Shown here: piece after piece, positions 19,273 to 28,069 of the stretch
How the letters are laid out: each line of letters begins with the position of its first letter
Numbering within the stretch: the stretch's first letter is position 1
Assembly: GCA_004298295.1 (NCBI GenBank)
Contig: SCUH01000269.1
Location: 1-30,352, forward strand
Length of the DNA: 30,352 nucleotides
Reading direction: 5' to 3'
DNA from: Betaproteobacteria bacterium
GTDB lineage: Bacteria; Pseudomonadota; Gammaproteobacteria; Burkholderiales; SG8-39
Translations under genes and position numbers: made by a program
Notes under the pieces: model-generated
What the model was told of the DNA's origin: nothing
What the model saw: the letters and a program-made list of their open reading frames with translations, nothing else
Database searches by the model: none

Positions 19273-19751
19273 AGCGGCTTGCCGCGATCGTGCTCGCGCT
19301 CGCTGCGGCGCCCGCCATCGCGCAGGAAGTGCGCGACGCGCTGGAGGTGGGCGACCTGATCTGCGAGATCCGCCACGGCTACCGGCGCGATCTGTTCGCC
19401 GCGCTTTCGCCAACCCGCCCGGCGACGGATCTGATGCTCGTCTACGAAGCGCCCGGCGCGCAGGCGCCGCGCGTGGTTTCCAGCCAGCGCCCCGGCCGGC
19501 ACGCGATCGAGGTGCGGGTGACGGCAAACGCCGTGCACCTGATCGAGCCGGTGGGCCCGAGCATCCGCCACACCGCGCTCACGCGCTGCCTGCAGACGAA
19601 ATCGAAGGACGGCTACGAGATCTGCACGCGCTTCGCGGCGCGGCATGCCTGGCATTTCGACACCGGTGCGTATGCAGATCCCGACGCGGCGCTGGCGCGC
19701 CTGTCGGACAGCGTCTCGCGCGGCGTGTGCGAGCCCTGGAGCGTGGATTAG
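19269..19751 (+). CDS. Hypothetical secreted protein (160 aa, 4 Cys)
   Basis: ATGA overlap with the selU stop and a typical signal peptide MKRLAAIVLALAAAPAIA. Confidence 0.75.
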   Translation: MKRLAAIVLALAAAPAIAQEVRDALEVGDLICEIRHGYRRDLFAALSPTRPATDLMLVYEAPGAQAPRVVSSQRPGRHAIEVRVTANAVHLIEPVGPSIRHTALTRCLQTKSKDGYEICTRFAARHAWHFDTGAYADPDAALARLSDSVSRGVCEPWSVD

Positions 19752-19785
19752 TGTTGCAGAATTGCGAATGTCGCCGGCGCACGAC

Positions 19786-19799
19786 GTGATCTGAATCAA
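19786..19799 (+). promoter_or_regulatory. Possible FNR/CRP-type site
   Basis: GTGAT-CTGA-ATCAA has 1 mismatch to the FNR consensus and lies in an AT-richer intergenic gap. Confidence 0.4.
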
Positions 19800-19851
19800 T
19801 TTTTGCAGGCAGGCGCTTTTCGCGTCTTGCCGGGTTCGGTACGTTCTGGCC

Positions 19852-20262
19852 ATGCGTACTTGTTCCCATACGGTTGTGCTGCGCAGTCTGACTGCGTTTT
19901 TTTTCGCCCTTGCCCTAGCGACTTTGCCCTCGCTCGCGAACGCGGAGCCCGATACGTGCCGCGTCGGCAATACGACGTTCGAAGGCCTGCAAGCCTGTGC
20001 GCTCACGCACCGGATCCGTCAAGGCGAAGAGGTTCCCTTCAGGCCGTTCGAGGTCATGGGACTCATCAATGAGATCTGCGAGGCGCTCGAAGGCAGGATG
20101 GACGAGCGGCTGAGGAACGACCCGCGCAAGACGCTGTTCAGGACGAAAGACGGGTTCGACTGCTACCGCAAAGGCGAACCGATCCGCTTGCCGCCCATGC
20201 GAGCGGCCAATTTCATCCGGCAGCCCCTGATTCTCGTGCAGTCCCTGCGGCGTCGCCGATAA
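19852..20262 (+). CDS. Hypothetical secreted protein (136 aa)
   Basis: Hydrophobic N-terminus ending ANA (signal peptide-like) and four Cys in the mature part; it fills the gap between known genes. Confidence 0.6.
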   Translation: MRTCSHTVVLRSLTAFFFALALATLPSLANAEPDTCRVGNTTFEGLQACALTHRIRQGEEVPFRPFEVMGLINEICEALEGRMDERLRNDPRKTLFRTKDGFDCYRKGEPIRLPPMRAANFIRQPLILVQSLRRRR

Positions 20263-20286
20263 GGTCGCAGCGACTGCCGCGACGCG

Positions 20287-20311
20287 CTGCCGCCTTCGCG
20301 ATCGGCGGCGG
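20287..20311. terminator. GC-rich hairpin between convergent genes
   Basis: CTGCCGCC pairs with GGCGGCGG (one G-U) around a 9-nt loop. There is no U-tract, so terminator function is uncertain. Confidence 0.3.
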
Positions 20312-21241
20312 CTAGGCGTTCAATCCCGCCAGCACGCGCACGTGCTGCACCACGCTGCGGCCGAGCGCGGCCAGCGCGTAGCCGCCCTCCAGCATCGACA
20401 CCATGCGCCCCTGGGCGTGGCGCAGCGCGACCTCCCTGATCCTCTCGGTCACCCAGCCGTAATCGGCATCGTGCAGCCGCAGCATCGCCATGTCGTCTTC
20501 CATGTGCGCGTCGAAACCGGCTGAAAAAACCACCAGCCCGGGCCTGAACGCTTCCAGCGCGGGCAGCCACTGCTGCGTCACCGCCTCGCGGAACTGCTTC
20601 GAGCCCGCGCCCGCCGGCAGCGGCACGTTGACCATGTTGGAGGCCGGGTCCTCGGTGCCGCAGTAGGGGTAAAAGGGGTGCTGGAAGATCGAAACCATCA
20701 GCACGCCCGCGTCGCCGGCGAAGATGTCCTCGGTGCCGTTGCCGTGGTGGACGTCGAAATCGACGATCGCGACGCGCTCGACGCCGTGCGCCTGGATCGC
20801 GTGGCGCGCAGCGACGGCGACGTTGTTGAAGATGCAAAAGCCCATCGGCCGCGCGCGGCAGGCGTGGTGCCCGGGCGGGCGCACGGCGCAGAACGCGCTG
20901 TCGGCCTCGCCGCGCATGACCAGATCGGTCGCGAGCACCGCGGCTCCCGCGGCGCGCAGCGCCGCGTTGAGGCTGTGCGGATTCATCGCCGTGTCGGGAT
21001 CGAGGTGCACCGTGCCCTCTTCGGGCGAGGCTTGCCGGATGGCCTGCACGTAGCCGATCGGGTGCACGCGCGCGAGCTGCTCGTCGCTCGCGAGCGGCGC
21101 CTCGTGGCGCGCGAGGAACGGCTCGATGCCGGAGGCGATCAGCTGGTCTTCGATCGCGCCCAGCCGTTCAGGACACTCGGGGTGCCCCGCGCCCATGTCG
21201 TGCTTCAGGCAATCGGGATGGGTGATGAAGGCCGTCGCCAT
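20312..21241 (-). CDS. Histone deacetylase-family protein (Zn-dependent amidohydrolase)
   Basis: HPECPERL, RPPGHHA, GFCIFNN, DFDVHHGNGT, SAGFDAH and LEGGY motifs; start at MATAFITHP. Confidence 0.93.
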   Translation of the reverse strand: MATAFITHPDCLKHDMGAGHPECPERLGAIEDQLIASGIEPFLARHEAPLASDEQLARVHPIGYVQAIRQASPEEGTVHLDPDTAMNPHSLNAALRAAGAAVLATDLVMRGEADSAFCAVRPPGHHACRARPMGFCIFNNVAVAARHAIQAHGVERVAIVDFDVHHGNGTEDIFAGDAGVLMVSIFQHPFYPYCGTEDPASNMVNVPLPAGAGSKQFREAVTQQWLPALEAFRPGLVVFSAGFDAHMEDDMAMLRLHDADYGWVTERIREVALRHAQGRMVSMLEGGYALAALGRSVVQHVRVLAGLNA

Positions 21242-21250
21242 GCCGATGCG

Positions 21251-21272
21251 ATGATAGCCCATCCAGTACAAT
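21251..21272. promoter_or_regulatory. Divergent -10 boxes for the MoxR gene (TACAAT, +) and the HDAC gene (TATCAT, -)
   Basis: TACAAT at 21267-21272 is 6 nt before ATG 21279. Minus-strand TATCAT at 21256-21251 is 9 nt before ATG 21241. Neither gene has an SD. Confidence 0.5.
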
Positions 21273-21278
21273 CGCCGC

Positions 21279-22220
21279 ATGCTCCTCAGGCGCCAGGTCC
21301 AGCCCCTATCGCCATCGCCCGTGGCGCGCCTGATCGAGGCGGCGAGCGGCATCATCCTCGGCAAGGAAGTCCAGATCCGCCTCTCGCTCGCCTGCCTGCT
21401 GGCACGCGGCCACCTGCTGATCGAGGACGTGCCGGGTGTCGGCAAGACCACGCTCGCGCACGTGCTCGCGAAATCCCTCGGGCTGCAGTTCCAGCGCATC
21501 CAGTTCACCAGCGACATGCTGCCGGCCGACATCCTCGGCGTTGCGGTGTACGAGCGCGACGGCGGCGGCTTCAAGTTCCACCCCGGGCCGATCTTCGCGC
21601 AGGTGATTCTCGCCGACGAAGTCAACCGCGCCACGCCCAAGACGCAGAGCGCGCTGCTCGAGGCGATGGAGGAGCACCAGGTCACCGCCGAAGGCGAAAC
21701 CCGCAAGCTGCCGGAACCGTTCTTCGTCATCGCGACGCAGAATCCGTCGGAGTCGGTGGGCACCTTCCCGCTGCCGGAATCGCAGCTCGACCGTTTCCTG
21801 ATGCGCATCGAGCTGGGCTATCCCGACCGCGACGCCGAGCGCGCGCTGCTCGCGGGCGTCGACCGGCGCGACCTGCTGGCGACGCTCGAGCCGTGCATGA
21901 CGCCCGCCGAACTGGTCGAGTTGCAGGAGAACGTCCAGGCGGTGCACGTCGCGCCGGCGCTGCTCGATTACGTGCAGGCGATCGTCGAGCATACGCGGCG
22001 CGCACCGGATTTCGCCGCGGGCCTGAGCCCGCGCGCGGCGCTCGCGCTGGTGCATTCGGCGCGCGCCTGGGCGCTGATCGAGGGCCGCGACAAGGTGATT
22101 CCTGAGGACGTGCAGGCGGTACTGCCCGGAGTCGCCACGCACCGCCTGCGCCCGGCGCAGGACGGCACGCGCCGCGTCGACACGGGCGCCCTGCTGCTCG
22201 CGGCGGTGCCGATTCCCTGA
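21279..22220 (+). CDS. MoxR-family AAA+ ATPase
   Basis: EDVPGVGKT, RIQFTSDMLPADI, ADEVNRATPKTQSALLEAM, ATQNP and LDRF motifs. Confidence 0.94.
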   Translation: MLLRRQVQPLSPSPVARLIEAASGIILGKEVQIRLSLACLLARGHLLIEDVPGVGKTTLAHVLAKSLGLQFQRIQFTSDMLPADILGVAVYERDGGGFKFHPGPIFAQVILADEVNRATPKTQSALLEAMEEHQVTAEGETRKLPEPFFVIATQNPSESVGTFPLPESQLDRFLMRIELGYPDRDAERALLAGVDRRDLLATLEPCMTPAELVELQENVQAVHVAPALLDYVQAIVEHTRRAPDFAAGLSPRAALALVHSARAWALIEGRDKVIPEDVQAVLPGVATHRLRPAQDGTRRVDTGALLLAAVPIP

Positions 22221-22311
22221 GCGGGGCTCGCGCCCCGCGCGCCGTGCCGGGCAGCCAAGACACCCTTCACCCGGCGGACGATGCGCCGCTCGCACGGCCG
22301 CAGGCGGCGCG

Positions 22312-22902
22312 GTGCCGGTGCCGCGCGCGCTGCACATCCTGCGCCAGCTGTGCGCCGGTCTGGCGGAAGCGCATGCGCGCGGCCTGGTGCACCGCGACGT
22401 CAAACCCGAGAACATCATGATCTGCCGGCGCGGCGGCGAGTACGACGTGGTGAAGATCCTCGACTTCGGCCTGGTGAAAAGCATCGCCGAGCCGCACAGC
22501 CGCGACATCACGCGCAGCCTGAGAATTCTCGGCACGCCGCTCTACATGGCGCCCGAGCGCCTGCGCAATCCGGCCGACGTCGATGCGCGCGCCGACATCT
22601 ACGCGGTGGGCGCCGTGGCGTTCCTCCTGCTCACGGGACGCCGCATGTTCGATGCGCCGGACGACCTCGCCCTCACGACCAAGGTGCTCAACGACGAACC
22701 GCCGCGCGTCGCCGCGGCCGCCGCGCAACCGGTGCCGCTCGAACTCGACCTGCTGGTGCAGTCGTGCCTGGAAAAGAAGCGCGAGGACCGCCCGCAGCGC
22801 GTCACCGATCTGGTGGAGGCGTTCGAGGCGCTGACGCAGGAACACCGCTGGACCCAGCGCGAGGCCGAAATCTGCTGGCGCGCGATGCCGCCGCCCCGCT
22901 GA
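22312..22902 (+). pseudogene. Hanks-type Ser/Thr protein kinase C-lobe only (5'-truncated remnant)
   Basis: HRDVKPEN, DFG, GTPLYMAPE, DIYAVG and DRP motifs are present. No Gly-rich loop, VAIK lysine or alphaC helix was found upstream in any frame before the MoxR stop. Confidence 0.7.
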
Positions 22903-23640
22903 TCAGCGCCCGCGCGGCCGCAGGTCGGCCGCTTCGCGCCGCCCGTCGTACCAGAATTCGAGCCCCTCGCGGCGCCGCAGCGCAGGCCAGCCGCGCACCG
23001 CGAAGCGCAGCCCGTGGCGCAGCAACTGCCATCCCGAGAACAGTCGCAGCTTGCGGCCGGAGGACATCACCGGCGCCGCGACCAGCGTGAAGCGTCCGAT
23101 TCGCTTCAGTGCCTGGCCGAAATGAATCTCCTCGCTCGCGAAGTAGCGCTCGTCGAAGCCCCCCGCGGCGTCGAACGCTTCGCGCCTGGCGAAGATGAAG
23201 CAGCCGCCCGCAATGCGCAGGCGGTACACGAGCCAGCAGCTGAAGGCCGACAGCGCACGCGCCCAGCGCGACAGCCCATGCGAGTCGAGCTGCACGCGCG
23301 CGCCGCCGCCGACCGCGCCGCGCCTCACCGCGGCGAGCATCTGGGCGAGCGTTGCCGGCGGCACCAGGGTGTCGGCGTCGACGAACACGAGCAGCTCGCC
23401 TTTCGCCGCGCGCGCGCCCGCGTTGCGCACCGCCGAGATGCGGTGCAGGTCCACGCGCAGCACGCTCGCGCCGTGAGCACGCGCAATCTGCGCTGTCGCA
23501 TCGGCGGACGCATCGTCCACCACGATGATTTCGAAGGCTTCGCCGACGCTGCGCGCGGATGCGGCGAGCACGCGCAGCGTCTCGCCGAGCATGACTTCCT
23601 CGTTGTACGCGGGAACGATGAACGACAGCGCCGGCTGCAC
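22903..23640 (-). CDS. Glycosyltransferase family 2
   Basis: SFIVPAYNEE, IIVVDDASAD, RNAGA, FVDAD and GGFDE motifs; GTG start just after the DapA-like stop. Confidence 0.9.
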   Translation of the reverse strand: MQPALSFIVPAYNEEVMLGETLRVLAASARSVGEAFEIIVVDDASADATAQIARAHGASVLRVDLHRISAVRNAGARAAKGELLVFVDADTLVPPATLAQMLAAVRRGAVGGGARVQLDSHGLSRWARALSAFSCWLVYRLRIAGGCFIFARREAFDAAGGFDERYFASEEIHFGQALKRIGRFTLVAAPVMSSGRKLRLFSGWQLLRHGLRFAVRGWPALRRREGLEFWYDGRREAADLRPRGR

Positions 23641-23641
23641 G

Positions 23642-24529
23642 TCAAAGCGCTCCGAGCGCTTGCAGGGCGCGCCTGACTTCCTCCAGGCCCTCGCGCGACA
23701 GCGGCGCCTGCGGCGCGAGCGGCGCGCCGACCGCATAGCCCTGCAATTCCAATCCCCCCTTGATGCACGCGGCGAGGTTGTACTTGGCGAACGCCTGGTT
23801 GAGCGCCCACAACAGGCGTTGCCGCTCCATCGCCGCAGCCCAGTCGCCAGCCCGGCACAGTTCGTACAGCTCCACGCTCTGCCGCGGCACGACGCAGGCC
23901 GGCCCCGCCATCCAGCCGACGCCACCGATCAGCATCACGCAGGCCGGGATGTGCGCCGACGCGGCGAACACTTTCATGCGCCCTTCCACGCGATTGATGA
24001 TCGAGAGCAGGCGCCCCGTGTTGAACGAGGCATCCTTCAGGTAGCGGATGTTCGGCACGCGGCTCAGCCGCTCGATCACCGGCAGGCTCAGGTCGGAGCG
24101 CTGGAAATTCGGATTGGTGTACAGAACGACGGGCAGCGATACCGCGTCGGCGATCGCCTTGAAGTAGTCATGCACGCCGTCGTCGGCAATCGGGAAATAG
24201 GCTTCCAGAATCGCGAGGATGCCGCTGCAGCCCATGCGCTCGTACTCGCGCGCCTGCGCCACGGCATCGGCGGTGGCGGTCGAGGCGACGCCCGCGACGA
24301 CCGGCACGCGGCCCTTCGTGGCGGCGACCACCACTTCGACGACGCGCCGGCGCTGCTCGCGCGACAGATACGCGAACTCGCCCGTCGAGCCGAGCGGCGT
24401 CAGGCCGTGCACGCCCGCCGCGATCAGGTCGTCGCAGAGGCGCGCCAACACGCCGGCCTTCACTTCGCCCGCGGCATCCAGCGGCGAAACGAGGTACGGG
24501 AAAACGCCGTGAAATCCGGTATCGGTCAT
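23642..24529 (-). CDS. Dihydrodipicolinate synthase (DapA)-family class I aldolase/lyase
   Basis: GSTGEF, LYTNP (Tyr) and YLKDAS (Schiff-base Lys) motifs; substrate unknown. Confidence 0.9.
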   Translation of the reverse strand: MTDTGFHGVFPYLVSPLDAAGEVKAGVLARLCDDLIAAGVHGLTPLGSTGEFAYLSREQRRRVVEVVVAATKGRVPVVAGVASTATADAVAQAREYERMGCSGILAILEAYFPIADDGVHDYFKAIADAVSLPVVLYTNPNFQRSDLSLPVIERLSRVPNIRYLKDASFNTGRLLSIINRVEGRMKVFAASAHIPACVMLIGGVGWMAGPACVVPRQSVELYELCRAGDWAAAMERQRLLWALNQAFAKYNLAACIKGGLELQGYAVGAPLAPQAPLSREGLEEVRRALQALGAL

Positions 24530-24569
24530 CAGTTGCCGCGTTCCGCGTTCAACAGCTGCGCATCGCGAA

Positions 24570-25382
24570 TCAGACGACCGGCGCCCGGATGCCGAGCGCC
24601 TGCAGCCCGGGGAGCGCAGCCGCCACTGCGCGCCGGCCGGCCTCGATCGCCTCGCCCGCACGGTGGAAATCGAGCAGCCCGAGATGCGCCAGCCGCGGCG
24701 CCACGATCGCGTCGGGCGGGTCGCCCGCCATGCGGCTGCGCGCGATGCGCACCTGCATGATGTTGAGGCTCGCGGCCACGACGTTGAGCAAGGATGGGGT
24801 GTCGTCATCCCGCTTGCGGCCCACGAGAACCGAGCTCAGATCGACCGCGATCACGATTTCGGCGCCCATGGCCCGCGCGAGCGACACCGGCACCGGATTG
24901 ACGAGCGCGCCATCGACGAGCAACTCGCCCTCGCGCAGCACCGGGGCGAACAGCGCCGGCAACGCGATGGAGGCGCGCACCGCCTCCACCGTCGAGCCGG
25001 TGCGCAGCCACACCTCCCGGCCGGTGTGGAGAGCGGTCGCCACGGCGCCGAAGGGCATGGCCAGGTCCTCGATCGGGCGGTCGACGAAATTGCGCCGGAA
25101 GTACTGCATCACGCGCTCGCCCTTCAGCACACCGCCGTTCAGGCGCAGATCCATGAACGAGACCACGTCCCGGAGGCCCATCCCGAGCACCCATTGCCGG
25201 AAGCGGTCCAGTTCCCCCGCGGCGTAGGCCGCGCCCACCAGCGCGCCGACCGAGGTCCCGCACACCAGGTCCGGGTGGATGCCGGCCTGCTCGAGCGCCT
25301 CGATGACGCCGATGTGCGCCCAGCCGCGCGCCGAGCCGCCGCCCAGCGCCAGCCCGATGCGCGGCTCGCGCGGCGCGATCAC
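24570..25382 (-). CDS. Patatin-like phospholipase (RssA-like)
   Basis: [21 protein letters not shown] (GxSxG) and [10 protein letters not shown] motifs; GTGA overlap with the GST stop. Confidence 0.9.
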   Translation of the reverse strand: MIAPREPRIGLALGGGSARGWAHIGVIEALEQAGIHPDLVCGTSVGALVGAAYAAGELDRFRQWVLGMGLRDVVSFMDLRLNGGVLKGERVMQYFRRNFVDRPIEDLAMPFGAVATALHTGREVWLRTGSTVEAVRASIALPALFAPVLREGELLVDGALVNPVPVSLARAMGAEIVIAVDLSSVLVGRKRDDDTPSLLNVVAASLNIMQVRIARSRMAGDPPDAIVAPRLAHLGLLDFHRAGEAIEAGRRAVAAALPGLQALGIRAPVV

Positions 25383-26188
25383 GCGAGGAGTCCAAGTTCC
25401 CGGTCGTTCGCGCGCCGGCCGTACTTGTCCTGCGGCGGCCAGGGCCGGTCGCGCCAATGCGGCTCGAAGACGAACGAGGATCGGCTGCGACCGGGAAGCA
25501 GCGCCCCGTTGCCTGCGCCCTGCGCGTAATCGTAGTAGAGCTTGATGATCTGCTCGCGCGTCACCTGGCGCGCCGCCGGATGCGCGAGGCAGGCCTCGCG
25601 CCAGGCGCGCACGCGCGCAAAGCCGGGATCCTCCGGCAGCTCGAAGGCCTCGTAGTAATCGAGAAACCAGAAACGCATGAATAACGGCGTGAACACGATT
25701 TCGGCCCAGCCGAAACGCTCGAACAGGAACGGGCTTGCCGAGGCGCCGTGCTGCACCAGGAATCCGTCAAGCTGTGCGTACTGGCGCAGCATGTCCTGCC
25801 GCAGCAGATCGCGCCTGGCGGTGTCCTGATTCATCACGAAAACGTAGCCGTGGCTGCAGAACTCGCGCTCCAGCGCTACCAGCATGCCCTCCACCGCGCG
25901 CCGATAGGGGTCGCGCTGCGCGACCGGCGGCTCCTGGAAGCGATCTTCCAGGTACTGCAGAATCACCAGGCTCTCGCGGAGAATCCCGCCGCTTTCGGTT
26001 TCCAGCACCGGCAGCGCCGTTGATCCGCCAGTCTTGCGCAGCAGCCCCTCCGCTCGCGGCACGGTGATGTCGATGACTCGGAATTCGACCGCGTCATGGC
26101 AGCCCTTCAAGGCGAGCAGGATCTCCAGCCGCTGGCAGAAGGGGCAGACCGGGAGGTGGTACACGATGGGCTTGCGCGCCGGGGTCAC
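25379..26188 (-). CDS. Glutathione S-transferase family protein (CPFC active-site motif)
   Basis: YHLPVCPFCQRL, LPVLET and ESLVILQYLED motifs; GTG 26188 with SD GGAG. Confidence 0.88.
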   Translation of the reverse strand: MTPARKPIVYHLPVCPFCQRLEILLALKGCHDAVEFRVIDITVPRAEGLLRKTGGSTALPVLETESGGILRESLVILQYLEDRFQEPPVAQRDPYRRAVEGMLVALEREFCSHGYVFVMNQDTARRDLLRQDMLRQYAQLDGFLVQHGASASPFLFERFGWAEIVFTPLFMRFWFLDYYEAFELPEDPGFARVRAWREACLAHPAARQVTREQIIKLYYDYAQGAGNGALLPGRSRSSFVFEPHWRDRPWPPQDKYGRRANDRELGLLA

Positions 26189-26205
26189 TCGCCGGTACTC
26201 CGGAT

Positions 26206-26697
26206 TCAGCGCAATTTCGCCAGCAGCGCGCGCCGCCGCTCGAGACTTTCCGGCGGCCAGTACTGCTTCAGATCGTAGAACTCCGGCACCGCCGGCTGCT
26301 CCGGCGGCAGCACCACCCAAGGCAGCTTGGTGGAGGTGAAGATGTGGATGTCGGGCGGCAGCCGGTCGGGCTCCTGCAGCGTTCCCACGCGCACGAAGCG
26401 CACCGCGTCGCCGGCCCCGGCGTAGTTGCTCCACAGCGCAATGCGGCAGCTCGGGCAGCGCGCGATTCTCTGCCCCTTGCCGCTGTTCGACGGCGTGTTG
26501 ATCACCTCGGGATCGCCCTGCAGCAGCACCACGCGATCGGATTCGATCATGGCGTTGAGCGCGAACGCCGACCCGGTCTCGCGCTGGCACCAGCTGCAGT
26601 GGCAGCAATGCACGAACAGGGGCCTGCTGGTCATGCGGTAGCGCACGGCGCCGCAGGTGCAGGCGCCGTCCAACGAGACGGCGTTGCCGGAATCCAT
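26206..26697 (-). CDS. GFA (glutathione-dependent formaldehyde-activating / CENP-V) family protein
   Basis: GACTCGAVRY, CHCSWCQR, CPSCRIALW and PPDIHIFT motifs. Confidence 0.92.
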   Translation of the reverse strand: MDSGNAVSLDGACTCGAVRYRMTSRPLFVHCCHCSWCQRETGSAFALNAMIESDRVVLLQGDPEVINTPSNSGKGQRIARCPSCRIALWSNYAGAGDAVRFVRVGTLQEPDRLPPDIHIFTSTKLPWVVLPPEQPAVPEFYDLKQYWPPESLERRRALLAKLR

Positions 26698-26699
26698 CG

Positions 26700-26726
26700 T
26701 CAGTGACAGCCGCCGTCGATGCGCAT
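26700..26726 (-). pseudogene. 8-codon N-terminal remnant of a second GFA-family gene (MRIDGGCH*)
   Basis: SD AAGGA 7 nt upstream. The peptide matches the typical GFA N-terminus M-x-I-x-GGCH(CG), then stops 2 nt before the intact GFA ATG. Confidence 0.55.
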
Positions 26727-26752
26727 GATCATTTCCTTCCGGGATCGATCGG

Positions 26753-27286
26753 TTACTTCATCCTCGATGGCAACCGGATCGTCCGCCCCGCCACCATGAA
26801 GTTGCCCCTGCCCTGGTGGTGGATCGTCTGCGGTCGCTTGCGAGACGGATCGATCCACGCCTTGAGCACTTGCAGGATGAAGAAGTTGTACTTCGCCACC
26901 AGCCTCGTGTCGATCACCCGGCATTCGAGATTGGCGTAGCACTGCGCGATGAGCGGCGCGGCGACGCACGCAGCAGGCACCGGCGTGAGGCGAAACGCCT
27001 TGAACTTGTCCGTGCGCCGCCCCGAAGTGTTGCCGCAGCCGACCACCTTCGCCGCCAGGTCCGCGGTCGGGATGTTGAGCACGCATTCTTGCGTCGCCTT
27101 CAGCAGGCCGAAGCTGTAGTTGCGGTTGCTGACGATGCAGCCCACGAGCGGCGGCTCGAATTCCATCATCGTGTGCCACGACATCGTCATGACGTTCGGG
27201 CGCCCGTTGCGCGAGGTCGTCAGCAGGACGACCGGGCCGGGCTCGAGCAGGCGGTAGACGCGGGACAGCGCGAGATTTCTCTTCAT
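26753..27286 (-). CDS. Flavin reductase-like FMN-binding protein
   Basis: YRLLEPGPVVLLT, NVMTMSWH, ECVLNIP and ANLECRV motifs. Confidence 0.9.
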   Translation of the reverse strand: MKRNLALSRVYRLLEPGPVVLLTTSRNGRPNVMTMSWHTMMEFEPPLVGCIVSNRNYSFGLLKATQECVLNIPTADLAAKVVGCGNTSGRRTDKFKAFRLTPVPAACVAAPLIAQCYANLECRVIDTRLVAKYNFFILQVLKAWIDPSRKRPQTIHHQGRGNFMVAGRTIRLPSRMK

Positions 27287-27361
27287 CGTTTCACATCCAT
27301 TGGCAGCGTTGTATCAACGGAGCGTGATCAGGGCAACGCCCGGACGGGCACGGAGCACGAC

Positions 27362-28051
27362 TCAGGCTGCGACCCCGAACAGGGCGCCGATGGCAGCGGT
27401 CGCGGCCATGGCCAGGGCACCCCAAAACGTGACCCGCACGATGGACGTCACCGACGAAGCCCCGCCGGCGCGCGCAGCCAGTGTGCCGAGGACCGCGAGA
27501 AACAGCAACGAGCCCCCGGATACAGCCCACATGAGCGCATTGGCCGGCATCGCAAGGACAATCAGGAGAGGCAGGGCGGCGCCGACGGCAAACGTGCCGC
27601 CCGACGCCAATGCCGCCTGAACCGGCCGTGCGGCCAGCGTGTCGGAGATGCCCAGCTCGTCACGCGCATGCGCGCCGAGCGCATCGTGCGCCATCAGTTG
27701 CGTGGCGACCTTGGACGCGAGCCCCGCATCCAGCCCGCGCCCGGCGTAGATCGCCGTCATTTCCGCGTGCTCGTGCTCGGGATGGGCGGCGAGTTCCCTG
27801 CGCTCCCGGTCCAGGTCGGCGCTCTCGGTGTCGGCCTGCGAGCTCACCGAGACATATTCGCCTGCAGCCATCGACATGGCGCCTGCCACAAGGCCGGCAA
27901 CGCCCGCGATCAGGATCGTCTTCGAACCGGCACCGGCTGCCGCCACGCCCAGGACGAGGCTGGCGGTGGAAACGATGCCGTCGTTCGCGCCGAGCACGGC
28001 CGCACGCAGCCACCCGGTGCGGTGCGTTCGGTGCCTTTCAACGTGTCTCAT
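27362..28051 (-). CDS. VIT1/CCC1 family Fe/Mn transporter
   Basis: WLRAAVLGANDGIVS and AMSMAAGEYVSVSSQAD motifs. Confidence 0.93.
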   Translation of the reverse strand: MRHVERHRTHRTGWLRAAVLGANDGIVSTASLVLGVAAAGAGSKTILIAGVAGLVAGAMSMAAGEYVSVSSQADTESADLDRERRELAAHPEHEHAEMTAIYAGRGLDAGLASKVATQLMAHDALGAHARDELGISDTLAARPVQAALASGGTFAVGAALPLLIVLAMPANALMWAVSGGSLLFLAVLGTLAARAGGASSVTSIVRVTFWGALAMAATAAIGALFGVAA

Positions 28052-28069
28052 GGGCAGGCCGGCAACTGC

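Noticed and set aside
26700-26702. TGA at a Cys-equivalent position read as selenocysteine (tempting because selD is nearby)
   Set aside because: Read-through gives RWIPATPSRW..., which is not GFA-like and is out of frame with the intact GFA gene. No SECIS-like context was identified.
27307-27319. Short palindrome CGTTG-TAT-CAACG upstream of the flavin reductase
   Set aside because: The arms are only 5 bp, there is a single copy and no cognate regulator is in the window, so it could be chance.
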